From positions 32,001 through 96,000 of IMG/VR virus record IMGVR_UViG_3300038696_000205: 64,000 nt of DNA; one strand, given 5' to 3'. The notes under the pieces are model-generated. The model saw only the letters and a program-made list of their open reading frames with translations. It did not search any database and was not told the origin of the DNA. A program made the position numbers and the translations under genes. Every line of letters begins with the position of its first letter. Within the stretch, counting starts at the first letter, position 1. Shown here piece by piece: positions 47,668 through 56,509 of this stretch. The DNA is from a virus.

Positions 47668-48015
47668 TTATTTTTTAATTAGTTTCCACTCCCTAATGTG
47701 GAACTTGGTTTTATACTCACCAAGTTCGAATGTTTGTGCATTTAAAATAATTTCGATTGCTAACGGTAATTCGATAAGTAATTTATCCATCTCCGTTTTT
47801 TGTTCCTCGGTCCAATCAAATGGGTCACCCTCGAACGGGTCGAAGTCTTCTGGTTGCCCATATAATATAACCCCCATATCCTCATGGTGATTAAGTCCAC
47901 CAAATGGGGTTCCCCCAAATGTTGATATTGTAGTAAAATCCTCTATATCGGCCCAAGTTAGGTGTTTAACCAATTTTAAATGTTCTTCTTTTAATTCAAA
48001 TTTTATAATGCTCAT
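47668..48015 (-). CDS. Hypothetical protein
   Basis: ORF of 115 aa. Confidence 0.65.
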   Translation of the reverse strand: MSIIKFELKEEHLKLVKHLTWADIEDFTTISTFGGTPFGGLNHHEDMGVILYGQPEDFDPFEGDPFDWTEEQKTEMDKLLIELPLAIEIILNAQTFELGEYKTKFHIREWKLIKK

Positions 48016-48065
48016 ATTATTGTTTTATTGTTACAAATATAGTATATTATATATTATGATTCAAC

Positions 48066-48471
48066 CTATTTATAAATTTCTTTTATTATTTCTATTGGTA
48101 AACCCCATTTTTTCATTAATCTATGTGGATGTTCATTTTTACATACTTCCGTAAAATTATGATATTTAGATTTATTTAAGTGTTTTATATAATCATCTAT
48201 ATTTTTAAATTTATTTTTAGTTCTTAAATCATTTAAAATTTTATAATCTATATTTTCAAATAATTTATATTTTTTTATTCTTTTAAATAATTCAAAATTT
48301 AATTTTTTAATATCGCTCATTTTTTTATTTTCAACAAATTTTAACTCATCAGCGGTTAATAAATTTGGGAATTTTAATTTAATTTTATATTTTAATATTT
48401 GTTCCTGAGTGATATTCTTATTTGTAATTAAATTAATTGTAGTTAGTTGTTTTTATAATTTTATTGTTCAT
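48066..48471 (-). pseudogene. Very AT-rich gene with a +1 frameshift in an A5 run (48450-48454)
   Basis: ATG at 48471 is 1 nt out of frame; the frame of 48066-48320 is open back to the A-run. Confidence 0.4.
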
Positions 48472-48566
48472 AGTTATTATTTTAATTATTACTTATTATT
48501 TTAACAAAAGTACTCAAATAATAAGTAATAATCAAGTTTTCAGACATATTTATATAGAAAGAAAAT

Positions 48567-49514
48567 ATGGAGAATAACCATAAACCATTTATAGTTAATA
48601 CATTAAGGAATTTAAAATCAAATAGTTTTGGTAGCACATCTTCTATAAATTATATTAATAAGGTAGTTAGCTCGATTAATATATTAAAAGAGGATATTAA
48701 CTATGACGATGATACTGAATATGAGTATGATTGGGGTAATATTGAATCCGATGTTAAGAATTCTACTAGAGGTATCAAGACCTTGGAGAACGCAAAGGAA
48801 TATTTCAATATGTTACATGGTAAGGTCAAGAACTTACCAAAGTTAGCTAGAAAAAGAGTGTTCAATATAGCATTGCTTAGTTTAACAGGTCTTATGTTGA
48901 GTAATTTAAGTAAGACCAAAGAAGAGGTAATCGATGAACTACCAGAAGATGTTGTCGTAGACATTATGTCTGCCGATGTTGCCGCAGCTAAATTACTTAA
49001 GGCTGCAACGGTTAAAAAAGAATTCCCAAAGGTTAGGGATGTCAGTAGTTCTTTTATTGAATTTTTAAAGTATGAGGAAGGTTCCCCTATTAAAAAGGGT
49101 CAACCTATATTGACCGCCTATGATTTAGGTGACGGACACGTAACTATTGGTTACGGTCATGCTGAATCCAAGAGTTACACCAAGATGATTCCTGGTGAGA
49201 CAAAGATAAGTTATGCTAGAGCCGAAAAGCTTTTGAAAAAGGATGTTGAGTGGGCCAGTAACTCTCTAAATAGAATTTTAGAGGATTGGGGTGAAGAAGG
49301 AATTAAAGTTAACGTAACTCAGGGAATGTATGATTCAATGGTATCGTTAATATACAATATGGGTATCGGTAACTTTAAAAAAAGCAAGGTTTTAAGATTG
49401 GTAAAAGCTAACAAACTTAAAAGAGCTAAGAAATTAATTAAAAATACCCATATTACATATCCAGGTCATGTTACACGTAGGAGCAAGGAGGCCGAAATGT
49501 TCGACTTACCTTAA
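48567..49514 (+). CDS. GH24 phage lysozyme with ~170-aa N-terminal extension
   Basis: YEEG...AYDLGDGHVTIGYGH (E/D/T triad), YDSMVSLIYNMG and TRRSKEAEMF; ATATTTATA at 48546. Confidence 0.88.
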   Translation: MENNHKPFIVNTLRNLKSNSFGSTSSINYINKVVSSINILKEDINYDDDTEYEYDWGNIESDVKNSTRGIKTLENAKEYFNMLHGKVKNLPKLARKRVFNIALLSLTGLMLSNLSKTKEEVIDELPEDVVVDIMSADVAAAKLLKAATVKKEFPKVRDVSSSFIEFLKYEEGSPIKKGQPILTAYDLGDGHVTIGYGHAESKSYTKMIPGETKISYARAEKLLKKDVEWASNSLNRILEDWGEEGIKVNVTQGMYDSMVSLIYNMGIGNFKKSKVLRLVKANKLKRAKKLIKNTHITYPGHVTRRSKEAEMFDLP

Positions 49515-49751
49515 TTTCATTTATTATAACTCCTTAACTGGTCCAACATTATCTGATGTTGCTTAATTAAGCGTTTTCTAATAGTTTCAATAACCTCTAT
49601 TTGATTGTGGTTATTCAGATTGAATATTCTATCGGCTATTTCCTCACCCATAATAATATGGTCAGGTTTTGTCATTTCGTCTATTGTTGTTGAAATCTTA
49701 TTTTTTAATAAGTTCATATTTTTTATTTTTGAGGTTAGTTATTATTGTTTA

Positions 49752-50297
49752 TTATCCAAAAAGTGTTATCCAAATTGATGTGTCTGCTTGACCTATAATA
49801 CCTACAATAGCACTTAAGATAGGGTTACCGAAGTATAGAAATAGACCGAATAGTGACCAGGATATAAGAAATGGTAGTCTAGACTCATACAAGCCCTCAT
49901 ATATTTCATCGTCCCACGTTATTAATACGGCAGATATAACTATCAACCCTAACATAAAGCCAGCTAATGATTCGTAAAATTCTGGGAATCCACTAAATAG
50001 AAAGTAACCATATATCCCAAAGAAATAATCCAATAGGGTAAATATGCAAATTACTATTACACCCTTTAGGTCCTTAATTCTTACATCTTTATGTGTTGGG
50101 AATACGTATGCAAATACCACAAATATGGGTACTAATATATATGTTATGGCACCGAAGGCTATCATGGCAAGGTTTCCAACCATGTATGAACCTATTTCTT
50201 TGTCTAACGACCACTTGAACGAATCATAACTACCATCACTATTTTGAATGGTTTTTGTCCAATTATTACCCGAATTACTCTTTTTATTATCTATCAT
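49752..50297 (-). CDS. Multi-pass membrane protein
   Basis: Four or more hydrophobic segments. Confidence 0.65.
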   Translation of the reverse strand: MIDNKKSNSGNNWTKTIQNSDGSYDSFKWSLDKEIGSYMVGNLAMIAFGAITYILVPIFVVFAYVFPTHKDVRIKDLKGVIVICIFTLLDYFFGIYGYFLFSGFPEFYESLAGFMLGLIVISAVLITWDDEIYEGLYESRLPFLISWSLFGLFLYFGNPILSAIVGIIGQADTSIWITLFG

Positions 50298-50350
50298 AAT
50301 TTATGTTATTTAATTATTATGATACAAATATACGAATAATATTTAGTTTA

Positions 50351-51064
50351 TTATAATATTTTTGAATAAAGTTCGTCAAATACTTCTTTTACTCCTTTTG
50401 TTGCGGTCTTTTTTATGTATTTAATACCAGTACCCAACTGAGGACCTTCCTCGAAATAATCAACTGGGTCTGGGTCTATGTAGTAAACTTTAGTGTTTGG
50501 TCCCACCATATCCATCATACCAACAGTGTAATGTATTTGGAATGATGTTCCCACCATAATTAAATAATCCGCTTTTGATAGTGCCCTAGTAGACTCTTCC
50601 ATATTAAATGGATACTCACCAAAAAATACGGTATGTGGCCTTAACTGTGACCCCTTGATACATTTATCACCTAAATTTAATGAACCCCTACAATCATAAT
50701 ATAATTCTGGGTCTAAGGTACTTCTACACTTCATTAATTCACCGTGTAGATGTAGTATGTTCTTGCAACCAGCCTTTTCCAATAAATCGGATACGTTTTG
50801 GGTAACATGGGTGACATCAAAATGCGTATCAAGTTCGGCCAATAATTTATGTGCCGAATTGGGTTTGGTCTTATGTAGGGCTTCCCTAAGCATGTTATGA
50901 AAATCTAATACCTTACTCTTATCTTTTTTCCAACCCTCAGTGGTCGCAACTTCATCTATCTTGTAATTATACCAAAGTCCGTTGTCGGTATCCCTGAACG
51001 TATCTACGCCAGATTCTTTATCTAATCCAGCACCGCTGAATACTACTATTTTTTTTCTGCTCAT
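50351..51064 (-). CDS. Sir2/CobB-family NAD-dependent deacylase
   Basis: GAGLDKESGVDTFR, TQNVSDL, HLHG and LRPHTVFFGE. Confidence 0.92.
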   Translation of the reverse strand: MSRKKIVVFSGAGLDKESGVDTFRDTDNGLWYNYKIDEVATTEGWKKDKSKVLDFHNMLREALHKTKPNSAHKLLAELDTHFDVTHVTQNVSDLLEKAGCKNILHLHGELMKCRSTLDPELYYDCRGSLNLGDKCIKGSQLRPHTVFFGEYPFNMEESTRALSKADYLIMVGTSFQIHYTVGMMDMVGPNTKVYYIDPDPVDYFEEGPQLGTGIKYIKKTATKGVKEVFDELYSKIL

Positions 51065-51075
51065 AATATTTTTAT

Positions 51076-51501
51076 TTATAACGTTATGTTGAAATGATTA
51101 ATTAGGTCCAACCATTCGGTTTCTGGGTTAAAACCAGCCTTATCATCCATTAACACATTCATGTATGGTTTTTTATCGTAGCACCCATAACTACCGATTT
51201 TAGTTTCTACTTCTGGGTTTTCATTTATATAATTAAAAGTAATCCCATGTTTCTTGAAAAATTCAACATATTGCAATATTTCTTCTGGGTGCGAACACGT
51301 ATACATGATAAGCACTATAGAAGTGTTTAGGGTTAAATGTTGCAAAACCTCTTTTGCATACGGATAAAATTCCGTTGGGATATCACCGACTTTATAGTTC
51401 GGCTTTATTACCGTACTATGTAAATCTATGAAATAATAAACTCTGTCCCAACCTCGTTCGGACATAATCTTCTCTGAATTTTTTACGGCATCTATTATCA
51501 T
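51076..51501 (-). CDS. HAD-like hydrolase
   Basis: FIDLHSTV, MYTCS and KPYMNVLMDDKAG. Confidence 0.6.
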   Translation of the reverse strand: MIIDAVKNSEKIMSERGWDRVYYFIDLHSTVIKPNYKVGDIPTEFYPYAKEVLQHLTLNTSIVLIMYTCSHPEEILQYVEFFKKHGITFNYINENPEVETKIGSYGCYDKKPYMNVLMDDKAGFNPETEWLDLINHFNITL

Positions 51502-51511
51502 AATTTATTCT

Positions 51512-52060
51512 TTAACTGTTTTTAATATCTCTAAAAGTTGGTAGTTCTAAATCTTTTTCACTCACCACTATTAGTTCACTTGGAATTTTCCAATCAATAT
51601 CTAAATCTTTATCGTTGAATATAATTCCAGACTCGGATTCCTTATTGTAATAGTTGTCACATTTATACGTGAATATAGAACCCATTTCCAACGATATGAA
51701 TCCATGGGCAAACCCCTTAGGTACGAATACTTGTTTTCTATTCGATTCGGTAAGGTGTACCGAAACATGTTCCCCATAAGTGGGTGAACCAACCCTAATA
51801 TCTACAACGACATCTAGAACCGAACCCTTGACAACACTGACCAATTTGGCCTGGGCATGTTCCCCAGTTTGGAAATGTAATCCACGTAATACATACATAT
51901 TAGATACCGATAGGTTGTCTTGGACATATGTTACATTAAGTTCTGAGTGGTCCTTATAAAAAAATTTATTATATGTTTCCATAAACGAACCTCTTTCATC
52001 ATTATATCTATCTAACTGTATAATATAACAACCCTTTAATTTAGTTTCTCTTACCCACAT
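51512..52060 (-). CDS. rmlC: dTDP-4-dehydrorhamnose 3,5-epimerase
   Basis: DERGSFME, QDNLS, LRGLHFQ, DVVVDIR and FAHGF. Confidence 0.95.
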   Translation of the reverse strand: MWVRETKLKGCYIIQLDRYNDERGSFMETYNKFFYKDHSELNVTYVQDNLSVSNMYVLRGLHFQTGEHAQAKLVSVVKGSVLDVVVDIRVGSPTYGEHVSVHLTESNRKQVFVPKGFAHGFISLEMGSIFTYKCDNYYNKESESGIIFNDKDLDIDWKIPSELIVVSEKDLELPTFRDIKNS

Positions 52061-52071
52061 ATTTTTTTGTT

Positions 52072-52935
52072 TTATCTGCATATTAATTTCTTTAAATATA
52101 GGCCGTAACCACTCTTAATCAATGGTTCTGCCAATAACTCTAACTCACTTTTATTTATATATCCCATATTGAACGCCATTTCCTCTATACAACCTATTTT
52201 TAAACCTTGTCGTTCTTCAATGACCTCAACAAATTGACTTGCTTGATTCAGCGATTTAAACGTGCCAGTGTCCAACCAAGCTGTACCCCTATCCAAAATA
52301 CTTACCTTTAACTTACCGAATCTTAAGTATTCCTTATTAATGTCGGTTATCTCATATTCACCCCTAGGGCTGGGTTTTATGTTTTCAGCAATCCAAACTA
52401 CATTATTATCATAAAAATATATACCAGGAACCGCATAACTTGATTTCGGGTTTTCTGGTTTTTCCTCAATAGATATGGCTTCCCCATCATTATTAAATTC
52501 GACCACCCCATATCTTTCTGGGTCATGTACATGGTAACCATATACAACACCACCATTTGGGTCATAATTAGACTGTAAGAGCGTATCTAAACCAGTACCA
52601 TAGAAGATGTTATCCCCAAGTATTAAAGCTACAGAATCGCCTCCAATGAACTCTTTACCGATTATAAAGGCTTGTGCCAAACCATTTGGTTCTATTTGTG
52701 CGGCATATTTAAAACTACACCCCAATTTACTACCATCACCCAATAGATTCTCGAATAATGGTAAATCATGTGGGGTCGATATAATAAGGATTTCATTGAT
52801 ACCCGAACTCATTAATGTTGATAACGGATAATAAATCATCGGCTTATCGTAAATCGGCATCAGTTGTTTACTAATGCTAAGTGTCAATGGATATAATCTA
52901 GTTCCTGAACCGCCAGCTAATATAATTCCTTTCAT
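52072..52935 (-). CDS. rmlA: Glucose-1-phosphate thymidylyltransferase
   Basis: [34 protein letters not shown] and AWLDTGT. Confidence 0.96.
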   Translation of the reverse strand: MKGIILAGGSGTRLYPLTLSISKQLMPIYDKPMIYYPLSTLMSSGINEILIISTPHDLPLFENLLGDGSKLGCSFKYAAQIEPNGLAQAFIIGKEFIGGDSVALILGDNIFYGTGLDTLLQSNYDPNGGVVYGYHVHDPERYGVVEFNNDGEAISIEEKPENPKSSYAVPGIYFYDNNVVWIAENIKPSPRGEYEITDINKEYLRFGKLKVSILDRGTAWLDTGTFKSLNQASQFVEVIEERQGLKIGCIEEMAFNMGYINKSELELLAEPLIKSGYGLYLKKLICR

Positions 52936-52948
52936 ATTACTATTTTAT

Positions 52949-53347
52949 TTATTCTTCCTCGTCTTCATCTTTAAAATCAACTGGGTAATATAACTCATAT
53001 AAAGAATTTTCAGTCTTAAACTTTACATAACCTGGTGATTCTTCAATTACCTCGGTAACCATTGTTGTTTGCCAAGTGTAAAAATGATTAAATGGACTCA
53101 TTATTAGACATCTACCTACCGAAATTTTTTCAAATTTATTCTTAAATGTTCCATCCTCGTTATATTCAAGCCAAAGAACATCTGGGGATGCCTTTATGAA
53201 CCTAGTAGAATCTGATTTGAGTAAACGACATTTAATGTTCATGTGGTCGCACTCATTGCACACGCCAAAACCCTCTTTGAAGGCATCCATTTTCTCCCTA
53301 TGTTTTGTAACCTTTTCACATTGGTCACAATATATTAATTTACCCAT
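52949..53347 (-). CDS. Hypothetical protein with N-terminal Zn ribbon
   Basis: CDQC...CNEC. Confidence 0.6.
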   Translation of the reverse strand: MGKLIYCDQCEKVTKHREKMDAFKEGFGVCNECDHMNIKCRLLKSDSTRFIKASPDVLWLEYNEDGTFKNKFEKISVGRCLIMSPFNHFYTWQTTMVTEVIEESPGYVKFKTENSLYELYYPVDFKDEDEEE

Positions 53348-53869
53348 TGTTCCTAACCCTTTCTAAATTTTTCAACGTTATGATTTCCTTTACCCTTTCA
53401 TATGATATTGGGGTGAAGTTATGTGAATCAACACCCACATCAAATTGGTTGGGTGATAATACTAAATCTTGAAATTCATCGGACACTTCCTGGTCCATAA
53501 CTCGTATATCTAAACGTTCATATATTCCACCACGAAATTCATCGATATTATAACTTTTTTTAAGGACTGTCTTTTCGTGATTACCTTTAATCAAAACCTT
53601 ATGTCCATTTAATTTTTTTAATATTTTTAAACAATCCTGTTCTTTACCTAAAGCAAAATCACCCAGACAAAAAATTAGGTCTTCGTCTTTTACAACGCTG
53701 TTCCAGTTTTCAATTATTTTTTTATCCATTTCACCTATATCACTAAATGGTCTTTTACAATATTTAATAATATTTGCATGCATGAAGTGACAATCTGAGG
53801 TGAAATAAACCCCCTATTAGGTAAACTTTTAAAATTAAATGGGAAAGTGTCTTTTTCCTTATATTCCAT
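53340..53869 (-). pseudogene. Degenerate calcineurin-like metallophosphoesterase
   Basis: FTSDCH, LGDF and KGNHE motifs; ATG at 53869 is 1 nt out of frame (G5 run at 53810-53814); the HGHxH segment expected before NQFDVGVD is absent. Confidence 0.6.
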
Positions 53870-53871
53870 AT

Positions 53872-54417
53872 TTATTTTTTAATTAATTTTAAAATTTCTG
53901 ACCATTCTTTTTTCTTAAATTCTGGATTTAAATATAAAATAGAATTCCATAAGTTTTCATTTTTCTCTCGCAAATAACCTATTCCACGATTACAAATATC
54001 ACATAATAACCCCCTAACCTCACCAGTTTCATGGTCATGGTCAACAACTAATTTACTTTCAAGGTTACATATTAAACATTTATTATCCTGTTCTAATATC
54101 ATTTTATTTTTACCATCAATATCAAGATTATAATAACGTTTTAAATTGCATTCTTGCATTTGTATTCTGTGACATTCTTTACATTGTCGTCTAAAACCAA
54201 ATTTATTTTTATTTGAAATATGAAAATTATTTTCGTTCATATCTTTTAAAAAATCACATTTAGTGCATCGTAATTGTTTTGGGGAATAATTAATTTTACT
54301 TTTATTTTTTCGACAACTTTTACAATCACCCCTATAACCATCTGGTCTATCTTTAGCTTTATGAAATTCAACCACTGATTTAATTTCATCACAGTAAATA
54401 CATCTTTTTTCTTTCAT
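53872..54417 (-). CDS. Endonuclease VII-like (HNH) homing endonuclease
   Basis: Two CxxC...CKxC modules plus QDNKCLIC...VDHDHETGEVRGLLCDICNRGIG. Confidence 0.88.
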   Translation of the reverse strand: MKEKRCIYCDEIKSVVEFHKAKDRPDGYRGDCKSCRKNKSKINYSPKQLRCTKCDFLKDMNENNFHISNKNKFGFRRQCKECHRIQMQECNLKRYYNLDIDGKNKMILEQDNKCLICNLESKLVVDHDHETGEVRGLLCDICNRGIGYLREKNENLWNSILYLNPEFKKKEWSEILKLIKK

Positions 54418-54537
54418 ACGTTTCTTTAATAATAAATATAATTAAAATGTATTTTATTCCAAAAATATGTATTTGATTCCAAATTAACTATTTTAATACA
54501 CTCTTCTAGATTTGGATTATTAATTTAATATTCCATT

Positions 54538-55293
54538 TTATTTTTTGGGTATTAAGTTTGTAAATAATTCTCTTTCTTTTGTTATCCAGATTGCTGGGTT
54601 AATGGCCCACCTACTTCTTAGAGCTTCCGTATTTTCTTTTTGGAATTCATTATTTGTTGCCGCAATCTTATATATCTCCTTTGTAATCATCCTACCCCTT
54701 TTAAAACCATCGGGTTGGTCGTTCCAGTTAACGCCTTTGGTCATACATAAATCTTGCATACCACTTGTGTTAACACCATTAAGTTCTTTATGGCTAAATA
54801 GGGATTGTGCGGTCATACTAATTGAATTTCTAACACAATCTTGTTGTGTCCATATAAAATAGTTTTCAACCTCAACAGCTTCTGATATTGTGAATACCCT
54901 ACTATCAAAAATAGCTAATTTATCGGTTATGTTATGGGTTCTCATATAATCGTTAAAATATGTACTGGCCATTGATGCTGTAACACTAACAATTTTCTGT
55001 ATAGCACCATCAAAAAATGCGGATGTACCAATTTTTTCAAAATCCGTTAACAATATACTGATTTCATCTGATTGCGTATACCCCAATCTTGCACCTTGGA
55101 TATTGGCACATAGCATTGAGGTCGTGTAATCCATGGCATCCATTAACCTGGTATCATACGGTATTTCAAATCCCTTGGTGAAGGTATGAAAAGCTTTACC
55201 GTCCATTCTTATAATAGAATAGGTACGTCTAGGTAAGTAACTTTTTGACCTAGATTCGTACATTTTCATTCTATCACCTAATTCATCTTTCAT
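54538..55293 (-). CDS. tRNA(His) guanylyltransferase Thg1-like protein
   Basis: RMKMYE, RMDGKAFHTFT, YTQSDEIS, FDSRVF and QQ/QDCVRNS motifs. Confidence 0.92.
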   Translation of the reverse strand: MKDELGDRMKMYESRSKSYLPRRTYSIIRMDGKAFHTFTKGFEIPYDTRLMDAMDYTTSMLCANIQGARLGYTQSDEISILLTDFEKIGTSAFFDGAIQKIVSVTASMASTYFNDYMRTHNITDKLAIFDSRVFTISEAVEVENYFIWTQQDCVRNSISMTAQSLFSHKELNGVNTSGMQDLCMTKGVNWNDQPDGFKRGRMITKEIYKIAATNNEFQKENTEALRSRWAINPAIWITKERELFTNLIPKK

Positions 55294-55303
55294 ATTGTTT
55301 TAT

Positions 55304-55948
55304 TTAAAATTTTAAAACTTTCATAATACAAGTTATCGATATCCTGTATTCATCACTTAAGTTGGGTGATGAAAAGTGCATGCAATTTTTATCGTGCACA
55401 AGTATTTGACCCTTTTTCATTGGAACCATTGTAAAATCCTTATTCTGATAAACATCGGAATATAGGGAAACGCCCTTTTTACCTGTTCTAACCCTAACGT
55501 TGGTCCCAATCGCCTTATGTTCGACCAGACCACCTAAATGACTTCCAGGTACATAGAACATACAGGAATTTATTAAATCAACATCCTGTAATGGAATCCA
55601 AAATGTAAAAACATCTTCATCCGTTTCAAAGTATGCGTTATCCTGATGTGCGGAGGTCATTTTATAGTTTGGGGGTTTACAGAAATATTGGTTATTCAAT
55701 ATTTCATATTCTTCCGCACCTATTAAATTGGCCAATAATGGATTTAGATGTTTAAAATTTAAATTCTGGATTTGTTTTATATCCCCTAATTTGGTCCTAA
55801 ACACATTGTTATTATCTACACTACTACCTATGCTTTCAAGATTGGTGGAAAACTTATTTATTAAATTTAGCACCTTACTTGAATCTATAACTTGGAAACC
55901 ATCCTTACCTAGATTTTCACTACCGTTTACTTTATTGAATTTAAACAC
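55304..55948 (-). CDS. PhyH-family 2OG-Fe(II) dioxygenase
   Basis: AHQDNAY (HxD), FWIPLQD, YVPGSH, HFSSPN and RIS. Confidence 0.88.
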   Translation of the reverse strand: MFKFNKVNGSENLGKDGFQVIDSSKVLNLINKFSTNLESIGSSVDNNNVFRTKLGDIKQIQNLNFKHLNPLLANLIGAEEYEILNNQYFCKPPNYKMTSAHQDNAYFETDEDVFTFWIPLQDVDLINSCMFYVPGSHLGGLVEHKAIGTNVRVRTGKKGVSLYSDVYQNKDFTMVPMKKGQILVHDKNCMHFSSPNLSDEYRISITCIMKVLKF

Positions 55949-56150
55949 GTTTCTTTTCTTTTTTTAGATTAGCCTTTACTTCAACACCAGAGAATACATA
56001 GCTTGGTGAGTAATCACCATAATTAGATTCAGCTTTAACATTAAATCTAACATCTTCAACCGTGTAACCACTGTCTGTTAAGAATTTAATAATTATTTTT
56101 TGAACACTGTTCGGGTCCAGATTTATAGTTGTTTCAGTTTTTATATCCAT
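55941..56150 (-). CDS. Hypothetical protein
   Basis: ORF of 69 aa. Confidence 0.55.
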   Translation of the reverse strand: MDIKTETTINLDPNSVQKIIIKFLTDSGYTVEDVRFNVKAESNYGDYSPSYVFSGVEVKANLKKEKKRV

Positions 56151-56153
56151 AAT

Positions 56154-56507
56154 TTATTGCACGTTTTTTAATAATATACACTTCTTGTGATTGTAAAGAT
56201 AAGTAATTTCATTTGCATTTGCAAGGAAATGAGATAATTCTTCACACCAAATATCTAAAATTAGGTACTGACCTAACTTAAATTTAAACCCACCATAGTT
56301 ATTTATAGTATAGTTTGAGTCCGTTAAATGCATCAACGATACAATCGTATTATGGTATAATCCCCTATCAGGTACTATAATATCATAATCACTTATTAAC
56401 CCATCATTTACTATTTGATTTACGGACCCACCCACCAACCAACCTTCACTTGAAAGTAAAATTGATTTTATTCTATTGTTTAACTTTGAATATACTACAC
56501 TTTTCAT
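56154..56507 (-). CDS. Small nucleotidyltransferase-like protein
   Basis: WLVGGSV...SDYDIIV (GG/DxD pol-beta-type motif). Confidence 0.55.
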   Translation of the reverse strand: MKSVVYSKLNNRIKSILLSSEGWLVGGSVNQIVNDGLISDYDIIVPDRGLYHNTIVSLMHLTDSNYTINNYGGFKFKLGQYLILDIWCEELSHFLANANEITYLYNHKKCILLKNVQ

Positions 56508-56509
56508 GA

